From positions 17,784,884-17,821,649 of the forward strand of contig JBOZIK010000001.1 of NCBI GenBank assembly GCA_051453625.1: a stretch of 36,766 nt of DNA, in the 5' to 3' direction. The stretch is from Welwitschia mirabilis (Eukaryota). The notes under the pieces were generated by a model that worked only from the letters and a program-made list of their open reading frames with translations, ran no database searches and was not told where the DNA came from. A program made the translations under genes and the position numbers. Below, piece after piece: positions 12,596 to 25,000 of the stretch (position 1 is its first letter; every line of letters starts with the position of its first letter).

Positions 12596-13420
12596 GAGTC
12601 TCATGAGAGAAATGAGCAACTTCTTGGGTCTAAATGTTGCATAATAAAAATAAGGTACATTTGTTTCATAATCTAAATACATTAAAAATATATTAATAAA
12701 ATATGTCTTACAAGGTTACAAGGTGAAAGAAACTCTAATGAACCAAATCATAAAATAGGATAAGGATAAACATGGTAAGAAAGTTAAGCAATAACAAATA
12801 GATCTAATAATATGTTCAAATTAGGAATTTATGCTCACTATTAAAGTAAACTTAGAGAGTTATATCTTACAACAAATAAAATAATATTCCATTATTTAAA
12901 AGGTACCACTAATTGGATCCTTTCATATTCAAAGGAATTTTGCCTTGATATAGTTTGATATTATGGTACAGACTAAGAAAGTTACAAGAATAATAAGAGA
13001 AGAAATAGTAGAAATTACTTCTTACTAGAAAAATGCTTGGTGTTATGGAGCAGTAAAAAGCAAAATTCAATCACTCTCGTAACTACCAAAGTGGAGTAAA
13101 TCATTACTAGAAGTTTATATGCTTAAGTACTCTATATGAAGCAACCATTAAAGGACTTCAAACTTCCAATGAAGAACATTCTCATTTACTATAATAACAA
13201 GAGTTTCATCAACATCTCAAAGAATACTATTTAAATTTTTAGAACTAAGTGCATTAAAATCAAACATTTTACTTTCTTAGAGAGCATGTAAAAAATAGAA
13301 ATCTTACTATAGATAAGGTTAGAATACATAATCAACTCATTCACTTATTCATTAAATCATTACTATAGACAAGCTTATCAAACTTTGTTGGAGCTTGGAA
13401 ATTAGGCATTTTCCAATTAG
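12596..13420 (+). pseudogene. Second, tandem copy of the copia RT C-terminus/RNase H
   Basis: Repeats 11616-12480: about the first 170 bp are near-identical and the rest clearly diverged. Retains WSSKKQNSI and RTKCIKIKH-like motifs. Confidence 0.9.
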
Positions 13421-15239
13421 GTAATTATATAGGTAACCTCTCTTAAAATGCAATTCAACTTCTTAATTATGATTCCTTGTGAGTTAAGATATTAGCTATA
13501 GATATTAAATAGTATATTATGTAATTAACATTAGCTATTTTTTTCTACTAATGTTATTTTTGAAGTTATAGGATCTATTATTGATGTTAATTATAAAAGA
13601 TCTATGAGTTTTTTTATTATATCAAAGACGTCTTTAAAGATATAAACATTTGAGATGAATACATATTTGATTTGTAGATGTCTATTCTACAGAAATATTT
13701 CAATTATGTAGATATATTTAGTGATTAGAAATATATCTTTTATTTAATTTTATTTTTAGCATAAATGTTTTTATTTTAGTAGATGTCTTTGTCATGACTA
13801 AGTAACCACTGAAGAACTTTATTAGTATATGTCTTTAAGTTAAATAAACATCTATTTTTATCATTATAAATTTCTTTCATGGGATTAGAAATCTTTGATG
13901 TAGTGAATTAAAAAATTAAAAACATATAAAAATACTATGATTTCAAGACATTTGTAAATAGNNNNNNNNNNNNNNNNNNNNNNNNNNNNNNNNNNNNNNN
14001 NNNNNNNNNNNNNNNNNNNNNNNNNNNNNNNNNNNNNNNNNNNNNNNNNNNNNNNNNNNNNTTTAGAACTAAGTGCATTGAAATCAAACATTTGACTTTC
14101 TTAAAGAGAATGTAAAAAATAGAAATCTTACCATAGATAAGATTAGAATACATAACCAACTCATTGACATATTCATTAAATCATTACTATAGACAAGCTT
14201 ATCAAACTTTGTTAGAGCTTGGAAATTAGGTATTTTTCAATTAGGTAATTATATAGATAACCTCTCTTAAAATGCAATTCAACTTCTTAATTATGATTCC
14301 TTGTGAGTTGAGATATTAGCTATAGATATTAGATAGTATATTATGTAATTAACATTAGCTATTTTTTTCTACTAATGTCATTTTTGAAGTTATAGGATCT
14401 AGTATTGATGTTAGTTATAAAAGATCTATGAGTTTTTTTATTATATCAAAGATGTCTTTGAAGATATAAACATTTGATATGAATACATATTTGATTTATA
14501 GATGTCTATTCTACAGAAATATTTCAATTATGTAGATATATTCAGTGATTAGAAATATATATTTTATTTAATTTTATTTTTAGCACAAATGTTTTTATTT
14601 TAGTAGATGTCTTTATCATGACTAAGTAACCACTGAAAAACTTTATCAGTATATGTCTTTAAGTTAAATAAACATCTATTTTTATCATTATAAATTTCTT
14701 TCATGGGATTAGAAATCTTTAATGTAGTGAATAAAAAAATTAAAAACATATAAAAATACTATGATTTCAAGACGTTTGTAAGTAGAAAAGGGACCGCCAA
14801 CATTTATTTTTAGTATTCTCTTTAGTAGGTGTTCCAATCATAGTGCTTATAAGCCTTTCTTTTCTCAAATATCTTAGCGTAAACATCTTTGATTTATAAG
14901 AAGTCTATGCAATACGTAAATTAGGTGTTATGTTTTTGACAAATGCTCATATCTTTTTGGTCTTTTAAATGTTTTATCAAAGGTAATTTCATTTTAGTTA
15001 ATTTTTATTAATATTAAAAGGAAAATTTTCTTTTGAGATTTAAAAGAAAAATTGTTTATAAACCATATAAACCTTAATGTGAACCATAGTTTACCATGAA
15101 TTTGTAGCAAAATACTTTAAAACTTAGGTAGGAACTCCATCATTATAGAGAAACATTTAGATTTTAGAAACATAAGAAATATTAGTTACTAACATACTTC
15201 TTTCATCCTAGTTAGGATATGGTAGTTTAGTTAGAATAG

Positions 15240-15790
15240 AGCATTGTAAACCTAGTAGTCCTTGAGTTTTATGATAATATTCATGAGATAAATGAATCCA
15301 TTAGTATATTTTAGGCATAATTACAAGGCATCTCTCACTTTATCACTTCTAGTTTTATTAATTTTCTACTTGGCATTAATGATTTACAGCGCTCACAACT
15401 ATACATACATTCTTTGAAGGACATCTTTACATGTTAATTTGTTAAGGTTCCAAGATGTAGTTTAAGCACTATTATTTTTGAAAATACAAAAATTATTTTT
15501 TATGAGAATGTTGAATGAAAATAAATTGTGCTCAATGCCTCTATTCTAAGTCTAGTTTTATTGTATAATATTCTAATATGAGGAGACAACTACAATTATT
15601 GTAATCCTATGGAAAAATTTGTAGTATACTATCTACTTACAGGAGTTAGAATTGATCTTGGTTTCATACTATGCATGAATGTCATTATTGTATTTTATAG
15701 AATGCGAACTTTAGATCATTCATGTTTGATTAGACTCATTATTAAAAATGCTAGTATCTTAGTATTATAGGTTTATCTTATTTGGCCAAA
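15240..15790 (+). pseudogene. Remnant of the extra (env-like) ORF found between pol and the 3' LTR of Sireviruses
   Basis: VNLVVLEFYDNI (~15247-15282) resembles the V.EFY.N motif of plant retrotransposon extra ORFs. IDLGFIL near 15651. Position fits. Boundaries uncertain. Confidence 0.5.
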
Positions 15791-17092
15791 GAAGCCACTT
15801 TTAGAGTTTACAAAAAAGTGGTATGCATGATTTTAGACAAGGGAAGGCATAAGTAGAAGTTATTACAAGGCATAGTTTCAAAGATTCCATTCTACTACTC
15901 CTCATAGTTCCTTATCTATTAAAGAGCCTTGGGATAATTTAAAAAATGATAGGTAAAATTAATAGAAATTTATTGAGATTAAAGAAGCATAGATGTGTAG
16001 TTAACAAGGGAAAGGTACTCACATGCACTCATGCACTTGAGAATCAATAGGAATTCTTACATGGTTAGATTTAAAGGAGGTTCCTAATGTAGAGGAGATA
16101 CTAATGCCTTGTACTATAGGCTATGGTTTAAGTAGGTTAGAGGATTTAGATACTTTAGAGTTTGTAGAGGAGGAGTCATACATTCAGTGGGAGCACTAGG
16201 CACATCATAGGTTTAAAAGAGGTAGTAGGTAGACTCTTAAAGCTTGGATGACAAGCCCCTTATTTTCTATAGGTATTACTATGAGCTTCTTATTTGTTAT
16301 CCCATATGGCCACCTTTATTACCTCACATATCATAACTACCTCATCTTTCATCACTACTACTACCACTCACACTTCCTATTTATGGATTATCACTTAGAA
16401 TAGCTCCACTCTTTGTATTTGGTTTTTCTAAGAATATCACTGCTAGTATTGTTTGCACTTCTACCACTCTTAGATGTATACGTGTATGAGAAGATATATC
16501 TTTAAGAATCATGATGAGATATCATAGTGATAGCCATGAAAACAACATAGGTCTTCCTCTGCATCACCCTTATCTTACCTCATCTAGACTTTCACTAACT
16601 ATGCCAATGATGAAAATAATGATGATCGTGGGAATAACACTCATTAGACTAGTGATTTATCTCTTAGTAATTAATTTTTTTTGAGGGTAAGATGATAAGT
16701 TTGACTAAACATCCTGTATGAGCTTGATGGATGTGGAATTGAGATGGGTAGTTGGATTTCCTATAAGTAACATCATAGTTAATATTCACTCCCATATTTT
16801 AGTACACATATTGTGATGGGTTTTTTTTTTACCTATTAGTTTTTGAAAACTTATTTTATATTCAGGTGTAAGTTTTACTACATTAATATTTCAAGTCTCT
16901 AGTAATCTTACATTTAAGCACTACATTTTATTTACTATCTTGAAATGAATATCAAATTTATTTTTTAATGGTCTTTTTAAAATTTTTAAATGCACTCATG
17001 TAATACACCCTAGTTTATTTTGGATATATGCTATCTCAAGTAACATTGAAATTGATTGCATTAATAAGATTTATCAAGTTTTAAACATCATC

Positions 17093-17105
17093 AAAAAGGA
17101 TGAGA
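17093..17105 (+). promoter_or_regulatory. Polypurine tract of the Sirevirus-type element
   Basis: AAAAAGGATGAGA directly before the 3' LTR; a decayed form of AAAAGGGGGAGA. Confidence 0.75.
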
Positions 17106-19143
17106 TTATTGGAAAAATCCTAGTTTTAATGATTCCACTTATTAAAATGTAATTTGTATAATGTATAGATAGGATATTAGAGATTACCTAGATTATAAAA
17201 CAAAATTAAACTAGTCAAAACTGAAGGCTAAAGGATTTTAATTGGGTGTACACATAAATCATAAGATCACAAAAGCTTCATCTCAAAGTTCATGAAGGAT
17301 AGACAAAGTTGACCAAAGATCTCTACAAGGTTGAAGGCATCTATTAGAAATATGTTTGTACTACTAAAGATGTTTAAGCTAAACTTGAAGCTAACATAGA
17401 TGAAGGACATCTATTCTAATAAAGACATCTAAGCTAAACCTAAAGCTAAGACATATGAAAGATGTCTATGCTATAAAAGAGGTCTATACTACATCAAATA
17501 ATAAAAGACATCTACAATATTAAAGACGTCTATTTTAAAGTAAAAAACAATGATAGAAATAAGTTATACTAGGATGGATTATTTATTACCTAACAAATCA
17601 AACAATTTATACATGATAAATTCTTGATGTTTGAGGATTAAAGATAGAGTAGTTTAAAGCTTGTTGGAAGCTAAGTACTTTACTAAAGATTTCTTTTGGA
17701 TTAAGGACATCTACTTATGAGAGATGTCTACCACAATGAAGACATATATTCTAAAAAATAAATAAATATTGAATGATTAAATATTAGCCATTTATAGCCA
17801 TTGCACTATATTTAAGCTATTACAAATGGCTATCTGATTAGGATAATGGATAAGAAGATCTCTCAAGTATAAAAGAAAAAATGAGTGAAGAGGAAAGGGT
17901 TACTTGAATGGGTTATTGGCATAAAATAAAATAAAAAAATCTTTTGTTTTTGATGAAGATATGTCTTTCCTGTAGACATTCCATAATCTTTGGCATACCT
18001 GCTACTACANNNNNNNNNNNNNNNNNNNNNNNNNNNNNNNNNNNNNNNNNNNNNNNNNNNNNNNNNNNNNNNNNNNNNNNNNNNNNNNNNNNNNNNNNNN
18101 NNNNNNNNNAATTCTTGATGTTTGAGGATCAAAGATAGAGTAGTTTAAAGCTTGTTAGAAGCTAAGTAGTTTACTAAAGATATCTTTTGGATTAAGGACA
18201 TTTACTTATGAGAGATATCTACTGCAATGAAAACATATATTCTAAAAAATAAATAAAAATTTAAATAGCTATTGAATGATTAAATATTAGCCATTTATAG
18301 CCATTGCACTACATTTAAACTATTACAAATGGCTATATGATTAGGATAATGGCTAAGAAGATCTTTCAAGTATAAAAGAAAGAACGAGTGAAGAGGAAAG
18401 GGTTACTTGAATGGGTTATTGGCATTAAAAAAAAAAGAAATATTTTGTTTTTGATGAAGATATGTCTTTCCTATAGACATTCCATAATCTTCGGCATACC
18501 TGCTACTACAAAACTCTGATCTTTAAATATTTATGAGTGATTACATCAAGCAAAACTCAAGTAATCATCATCATAACATCATTTCATGCTTGTTATTCTG
18601 TCTTAGCATTTCTACTAATACTTCATTGTAGAACTATCAGCTTACTAAATCTATTCATAATAGTCCATAAGATTTAAATTATCTCATTTATTAGGATTTC
18701 TTTCTTGAAAATTTCAAAGTGTAAGGTAACCCTTATATGGATGTGCTTCTTGTATCTTGATTGAGTGCTTAAGAGATGTTGCAGTGCAAATATATGCAAT
18801 CCTGAAGCTCTTAGGTAAACCTGTAAATCATGTAACTTGCACAAAAACATATGCTAATATAGACGGGAGTTCACCCGAATGTTGTAGTCCCTCAAAGGTT
18901 TAAGCTTGGAGTTAGAGAAATGACATCGATACTTTTCTGTTATTGCTCTTTTGTCTTTATAGAATATAATAACAGATGATGCAAGTAATGAAAATGCTTA
19001 TAGCAATGCAAATGGGAATGCAATGGAAATGTATCTTATGTAGANNNNNNNNNNNNNNNNNNNNNNNNNNNNNNNNNNNNNNNNNNNNNNNNNNNNNNNN
19101 NNNNNNNNNNNNNNNNNNNNNNNNNNNNNNNNNNNNNNNNNNN

Positions 19144-19751
19144 NGACTTGAGACTTTTATGCGGGATGGTTTTCAACCAAATTTTCGCTCTACCTCTAAG
19201 GGTAACTGGAAAAATAATCATGTACGTGTGATCACTAATTCGTTTCTTTTCATTTCCAGATGTAAGCACAAGTTGTTCTATGTCAGCTAAGTGTTGGAAG
19301 GGGTCTTCTTCTAGTTCTCCCAAAAAAGTTAGGTATGCACTTAAATTTCTTAACTCAACATCATCGCCAGGAGGTAAATCAAAGGGGTTTTGAATTTCGC
19401 GTTTTCGACTAGCAATTAAATCTCTAAGTGTAACATTTGCATTTAAAGAAGAATTCCTAACGCAATTGGTGAATTAAAAGAATTTACTTATTTTTGCTTT
19501 TGCGACGATTTCGACATATTCGACATCCCCAAATGATGAACACAATCGCGTCGTACACTATTCTTTTCATTTGCAGATTCAGATTCTGAAATAAAAAATG
19601 TAGAAAAATCTTCTTCTTCAATTCTGGGAATTTGTGTACCTAGTATGTGCGTACCTGGATTTAGCTCGATGTGGATTAATCCCTCCTTGATATTTTCTTC
19701 AATCAGGTTCTGTTCTCTCTGGTATTTTGTCTTTTTTTCCATCTTAATCAT
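19144..19751 (-). pseudogene. Athila-type gag N-terminal fragment (retrotransposon gag domain)
   Basis: Frame reads ANVTLRDLIASRKREIQNPFDLPPGDDVELRNLSAYLTFLGELEEDPFQHLADI...IFPVTLRGRAKIWLKTIP, with the EDP..HL and FP..L.G.A..W gag motifs. ORF 19488-19751 is probably its disrupted N-terminus. Truncated by the gap. Confidence 0.85.
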
Positions 19752-20161
19752 GTCCTTGCATATTTTAGCAACTAACAGAGCATAGCATCAAAAACAGCAA
19801 ACCGTCATTCACCTTGTCGTCTGGACGACATAGAAGGACGATGGTTCAGAAAAAAATAATAGGAAATAAATAAATAGACTGTCATCCAATCGTGTTATCT
19901 AGACGACAGAGGAGATGCAAGATCAAAAAAAGTACAGAATATGTAAAAAGACTATCATCCAGATAAGTCATGCAGACAACAGTTAAGACGACAATCAAAA
20001 AATACAGAATTTAAAAAAAATGCAGCAAATATAATCTAATCTGAATTAATTAAAAAAGAAAACATAGCACTAAATATTTTTCTTTTTTTGAGATGGATGC
20101 CCTGAACAGAAGCTTCGAAGTACTTACCTCTGATGACAATCTCTTTAACTCCTTGTAACCC

Positions 20162-20179
20162 TCCCTGGCAACGGCGCCA
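20162..20179 (-). promoter_or_regulatory. Primer-binding site (tRNA-Asp type, typical of Athila)
   Basis: Minus strand reads LTR end GCAACA, TTT, then TGGCGCCGTTGCCAGGGA. Confidence 0.9.
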
Positions 20180-20182
20180 AAA

Positions 20183-21473
20183 TGTTGCGGTGTGAATATA
20201 TGCAATCCTGAAGCTCTCAAGTAAACCTGTAAATCATGTAACTTACACAAAATGCACGCTAATATAGATGGGAGTTCACCCGAATGTCGTAGTCCCTCAA
20301 AGGTTTAAACTTGGAGTTAGAGAAATGACATCGCTACTTTTCTGTTATTGCCCTTTTATCTTTTATAGAACAGAATGAAAGATGCTTATAACAATGCAAA
20401 ATGGGAATGCAATGGAAATGTGTCTTATGTAGACTTAGCCTCCTAACATAAGAATAATCCTCTATAACTTATATCAAGTAGAAAGAGCGTTCACTAGTTT
20501 CTAATCAATATAAATCATGAGTCTACTCAAGATGCAACCAGAATGCGACGTGGAGGAATAAAACACTAATGTAATCTATTCTAGAGTGAGATCAACCTTA
20601 ACGAAGGTTGCCCTTAATATCTAAGTAAACCTAAGATATTGTAAACTAAGATCAACTTTAAGCAATAAGGGAAATACACCATAAGGAGGAAAATGAACTT
20701 ATATTATGAAATCATGATTCATCCACTTACAAGACCAAAATGATAGCACCTCAATGAGGGGACACCTCCTAATACCAAGGGGACTCCTTTCTGTCGTATG
20801 AATGGACCTCTCGTCTTCAAGCTTCCATCACAAGTATGGAGAACAAAAGATGAAAAAAAGAAATGAAGGAGGAGAGAAGTATTTATAGATCCCTGAGAGA
20901 AGAGATAAATGGCCAAAAAGTCAAGGCGAGAAGAAAAACCCTGATAACTCCTGTGGCCTATCAGCACATGTTACAAAGCAGAAAACAGTTGTCGTCCTGA
21001 CTGTTGTCCAGATGACCACGGGGATGATGCTGCCTCAGCTCCTTAGATTGTGTGCCCTGCGCTTTGGGTTGTGCATCATACGTTTGCCGCTAGTCTTGAC
21101 GTGTCGTCTTCATTGTCGTCTGGACGATAATGTGGATAATACCTTCTTAATGTATGTGCTAGGTTCTGCAGTTGGCACTGTAGGTTTCTATCCATGTCAG
21201 CAATCCTGTCGTTTTGAGTGTCATCCACACAACCAAGGGGACGATAGTCTTATTGCTTTCTTTCTTCCCAAAGTAAGTTAACATTTGCATTATTTCGTTC
21301 TTCTCCTATCCTACAATCTTAGAATCAACTCAAGACCCTGCTAAAGATTGCCTGTTTTTCTAATCATCTTATTATTCCTTCATAATCATCCATATATCAC
21401 CAAAACCTGAATAATTACCTTGCAGAATTACTCAAAACACACCATCAAATTTCCACAAATTGGCATCGCAACA
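20183..21473 (-). repeat. Complete 5' LTR (1291 bp) of the younger Athila-type element
   Basis: TG...CA ends with 6-bp terminal inverted repeat, adjacent PBS, and a matching partial copy at 18777. Confidence 0.92.
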
Positions 21474-21843
21474 AGAGAACTCTTATTTTTTGATATATTG
21501 TGATCTCTAGGGAAAAGAGAGTGCTACCTTGTGAGAATCATCTTATTTTTATGTAAGATTTATGGTACTTCCAAACCTCTATTTTTACAGATAAAAGATA
21601 TCCAGAGGTATGAAGGTAAGCCATCCTCTAGTTGTGGACATACCTAGGTTTAAAACCACATCAAATTAGTAATTTCTTTTATTAACATGTAAAAATTAAC
21701 ATTTGTATCAAGTGTTTTAGGTAAATTTAGTATAAATGAAGATACTAATTTAATTATTTTAATCATAAAATACATATTCTATTAAATTTAAAATAAAACT
21801 TAATTTTATAATTTTTTTAATAATAATTATAGATATTTAGCCA

Positions 21844-22291
21844 TGTTTTGGAACACATGGTAGAAGATGGACATAATTTTACACAAAAAAATGATGGAAA
21901 TGGAGATATGAAGTGGTGACATATAGTAATAGCATTAGAACACATGTGGTAGAGGCATGTGAAGGTGGCACTAAAGACATGAGCTAATAGCACTACTTGA
22001 TAGAGGAATCTGGCTCCAAAGATGATATGTTGGACTCATTATGATGAAGACTTTACTAATTGCTAGAAAATAACATCAACCAGATGCTAAATGAAGAATA
22101 TTCTAACTAATATTATAGGATAAAATATTATCTAACTAATGCTATAAGACAACCTCCATTAAAAAATATAGGATAGAATCCTATTTACCAAATTATAAAT
22201 GATGAAAGTTCTACCTAATACTACATGTTAAAGGTTCTTAACCATTTGAACCCTATCCTCACTTATAAAAGGGCCTTAAGCCCTCATCTGT
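21844..22291 (+). mobile_element. Possible LTR fragment of another retrotransposon
   Basis: Compositional shift at TGTTTTGG and a TATAAAAGGG...CCCTCAT TATA-like block near 22264-22287, as seen in many gypsy LTRs. Cut by a gap, with no partner LTR in the window. Confidence 0.3.
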
Positions 22292-23899
22292 NNNNNNNNN
22301 NNNNNNNNNNNNNNNNNNNNNNNNNNNNNNNNNNNNNNNNNNNNNNNNNNNNNNNNNNNNNNNNNNNNNNNNNNNNNNNNNNNNNNNNNNNNNNNNNNNN
22401 NNNNNNNNNNNNNNNNNNNNNNNNNNNNNNNNNNNNNNNNNNNNNNNNNNNNNNNNNNNNNNNNNNNTTTTAAGTTACAAATTACTTTTTACATTCAATG
22501 CTTAAGTAGCAACTTTAGTATTAAGTTCTGTTATTATTTGTATGGATTTTATAATTACTTAGTCTTATTCTTCTTTAATTTGATGTATTTTGAGTACGTA
22601 GGTCCTTACTTTCCATTCTTATTTGAAATCTATGAAGGAACAAATGGCTATTAAGTTTACCAACTTTTATGTGGTAAATGAAATTATTTAATCATAACTA
22701 AATCCATTATTACTTAATACTTTAAAGTGTATTATAGGAAATGTTTAGTATATCATTGGAGTAAAGGATTACTAGTGGATAAGTCGGGTGAACACTTTGA
22801 GTTTGCTTGCTTTTCTACTTTTCCAACGAAGTTTTACAATAAAATTCTCAACTTTCTCTATGTTTTCCTTCTTTTATTATATCTTATAATTAAGTAAGAT
22901 TTANNNNNNNNNNNNNNNNNNNNNNNNNNNNNNNNNNNNNNNNNNNNNNNNNNNNNNNNNNNNNNNNNNNNNNNNNNNNNNNNNNNNNNNNNNNNNNNNN
23001 NNNGGTAAATGAAATTATTTCATCATAACTAAATCCATTATTACTTAATACTTTAAAGTTTATTATAGAAAATGTTTAGTATATCATTGGAGTGAAGGAT
23101 TACTAGTGGATAAGTTGGTTGAACACTTTGAGATTGTTTGCTTTCCTACTTTTCCAATGAAGTTTCATAATAAAATTCTCAAATTTGTCTATGTTTTCAT
23201 TCTTTTATTATATCTTGTAATTAATTAATATTTGTGTAATTTCTATGAGTTAATCCAAATTATTCCTATGAAGAGAGTAATACTAAGTTTTATCTTNNNN
23301 NNNNNNNNNNNNNNNNNNNNNNNNNNNNNNNNNNNNNNNNNNNNNNNNNNNNNNNTAAAAACATGATAACTACTTAGAAAGAGTATAAATTTTACTTTTT
23401 CATAAGCATTTTATTGTAGTTTTTATTTTTCTAATGGTGATCACTATTTTGCTTAGTGATACTTGAATTGATATTGCTTTATTTTATTCTATGTATTTAT
23501 TTAATTTCTTTCTAGTAGTGTGTACTAGTCACCTTTGGTGATACTTGAATTGGTCCACTTTCATTTACTCTTTTCCCTTCTAATGGTTGGTACTAGTTAC
23601 ATCTAGTGACACTAAAACAAGTTCATCTTTGAGTTTTCTTAAGTTTTTTTTTTGGCTTTAGCTTGATTTTTGTTATAGGTCTAATAAGCTTTTCATGGAT
23701 TATGATAAAGAAGAAAAAAGAACTAAAAATGTACCTTACCTTGCATGCTTTCTTTTATTTCTTGCATTTTCTTAACTTGGGTTACAATTTTTGTTTAGTA
23801 AATTTGTTGTCATAAATGCTAAAACTCTAAAACATATGATTTCATTTTCAATAGGATTGGTTTGAAGTGTACTATAATTTTCATTTTCATTACATCTTT

Positions 23900-25000
23900 C
23901 AATGACCCTGTGATGTTGATTACTCTACAAGATCTTTGCAAACCACTATAATTTTTGCAAATCTAAAACTTACAGCTTAGAACTTAACCTATGCCAGTAA
24001 CCGTTTTACACAAATTCCTTTGCACTTTCTCTCAAGTCCTCCATGAAATCTTAGAAATCCTTTTATAATTTAGATTATGTTAAAAAGTTTTTAAAAACTA
24101 TCTAAAGTTCATTTCAACCTTCCATGCCTTAAACTTAAGATAATTTAAATAGATTGATCAGAAATCTAGTCAATAAAAACTCCCTTTTCCAAGAAGAATA
24201 TAGAATTCCATAGGATAATCAACCCTATAATAACACCTAAAGAAAATGAGCCTCTTCATTTCATTAATAAAATTCAAATGATCAAGTAGTTTTTGATTTC
24301 ATTTTAATGGATTATTGTCAAACCAAGTCCTAATCAACTAATTAAATTTCTATTACGTTAGCTAAGAGATAGTCAAAACCTTAAATGTAGTTAATAATAT
24401 CCTTAATTAGACCCTTCGCGATTAGCTCTAATTTCAATGCTTAAGAACCTTATCCTATATAATACAACTAGATAAAAACCAAATATTGTTATCCAAACCA
24501 TCTAGCATCCAATTCTTACCTCCCTTTTATGGTTTATCATTAAAGAATCCATGCTTACATCTTAAAGAATTTAAATATGTTTTGTAAACCCTATCCCTAT
24601 ATCAAAAAAACTTATGACCCCTTTAAACTCATTTTATACCTATTTTTCTTAGAAGAAAAGGCAAAATTGTGACTCTAAACTCTCAAATTCTTATCCATTA
24701 AAACTTGGTCTGATCTGAATAAGTCCTTTATGTCCAATTTTTTTTCCAAATTATAAAACATATTCCTTGATAATAGAGATAATAATCCATCAATAAAAGC
24801 ACTATTAGCCCCTTTTTTAAGCCTTAAAAATATTTAAGAACTTGTTACATAAATGCCGCTAGCATTGATTTTAAATCATGGAAGGAAATTAGTTTCTTTT
24901 ATAATCAATTATCCACTAATAATAGGTAATTAATTGAGATGATAAGTAAGGAAAGTTTCCTTAACATGCACTTAGATAATGTTTGTGACTACCACAAAAC
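23900..25000 (-). pseudogene. Possible highly decayed Mutator-like (MULE) transposase remnant
   Basis: Minus frame near 24440-24565 reads CKHGFF..KP*KGGKNWMLDGLDNNIWFLSSCII*..KH*N*, loosely like the MULE motifs K.GF / G.D.NN...IA / W.W. Weak by-eye similarity only. Confidence 0.3.

Larger units (their letters stand above)
18777..21473 (-). mobile_element. Younger Ty3/gypsy LTR retrotransposon, Athila type; most of the interior lost in the gap at 19044-19143
   Basis: Termini TGTTGC...GCAACA. Perfect 5-bp TSD AGAGA (18772-18776 and 21474-21478). LTR copies at 18777-19043 (partial) and 20183-21473, ~90% alike. Athila-type PBS and gag on the minus strand. Confidence 0.93.
6465..21690 (+). mobile_element. 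Degenerate full-length Ty1/copia LTR retrotransposon, Sirevirus (SIRE/Maximus) type
   Basis: Order is LTR - PBS - gag (two Zn knuckles) - protease remnant - integrase - RT - RNase H - long env-like region - PPT - LTR. Integrase precedes RT, as in copia. The CATCATCAAAAAGGATGAGAT/TATTGG junction resembles the Sirevirus PPT/LTR signature. Right boundary approximate. Confidence 0.9.
17107..21690 (+). repeat. 3' LTR of the Sirevirus-type element, interrupted at 18777-21473 and eroded at its end
   Basis: TATTGGAAAAATCCTAGTTTTAATGATTCCAC matches the 5' LTR start. Similarity runs to GTGCTTAAGAG (18775), resumes after 21478 (CTACCTT...CATCTTATTTT) and fades at ~21650-21690. Confidence 0.85.

Noticed and set aside
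8312..12682. Minus-strand ORFs at 8312, 9690, 11427 and 12476
   Set aside because: Antisense shadows of the plus-strand copia gag-pol.
20050..21281. ORFs 20050-20250, 20719-20967 and 21012-21281
   Set aside because: They lie within the Athila LTR/PBS and are chance ORFs in GC-richer sequence.
21683..21687. TAACA as the right TSD of the Sirevirus element (left flank TAACA at 6460-6464)
   Set aside because: It aligns with LTR-internal sequence ~80 bp before the expected LTR end and is not preceded by the terminal CA, so it is probably chance.
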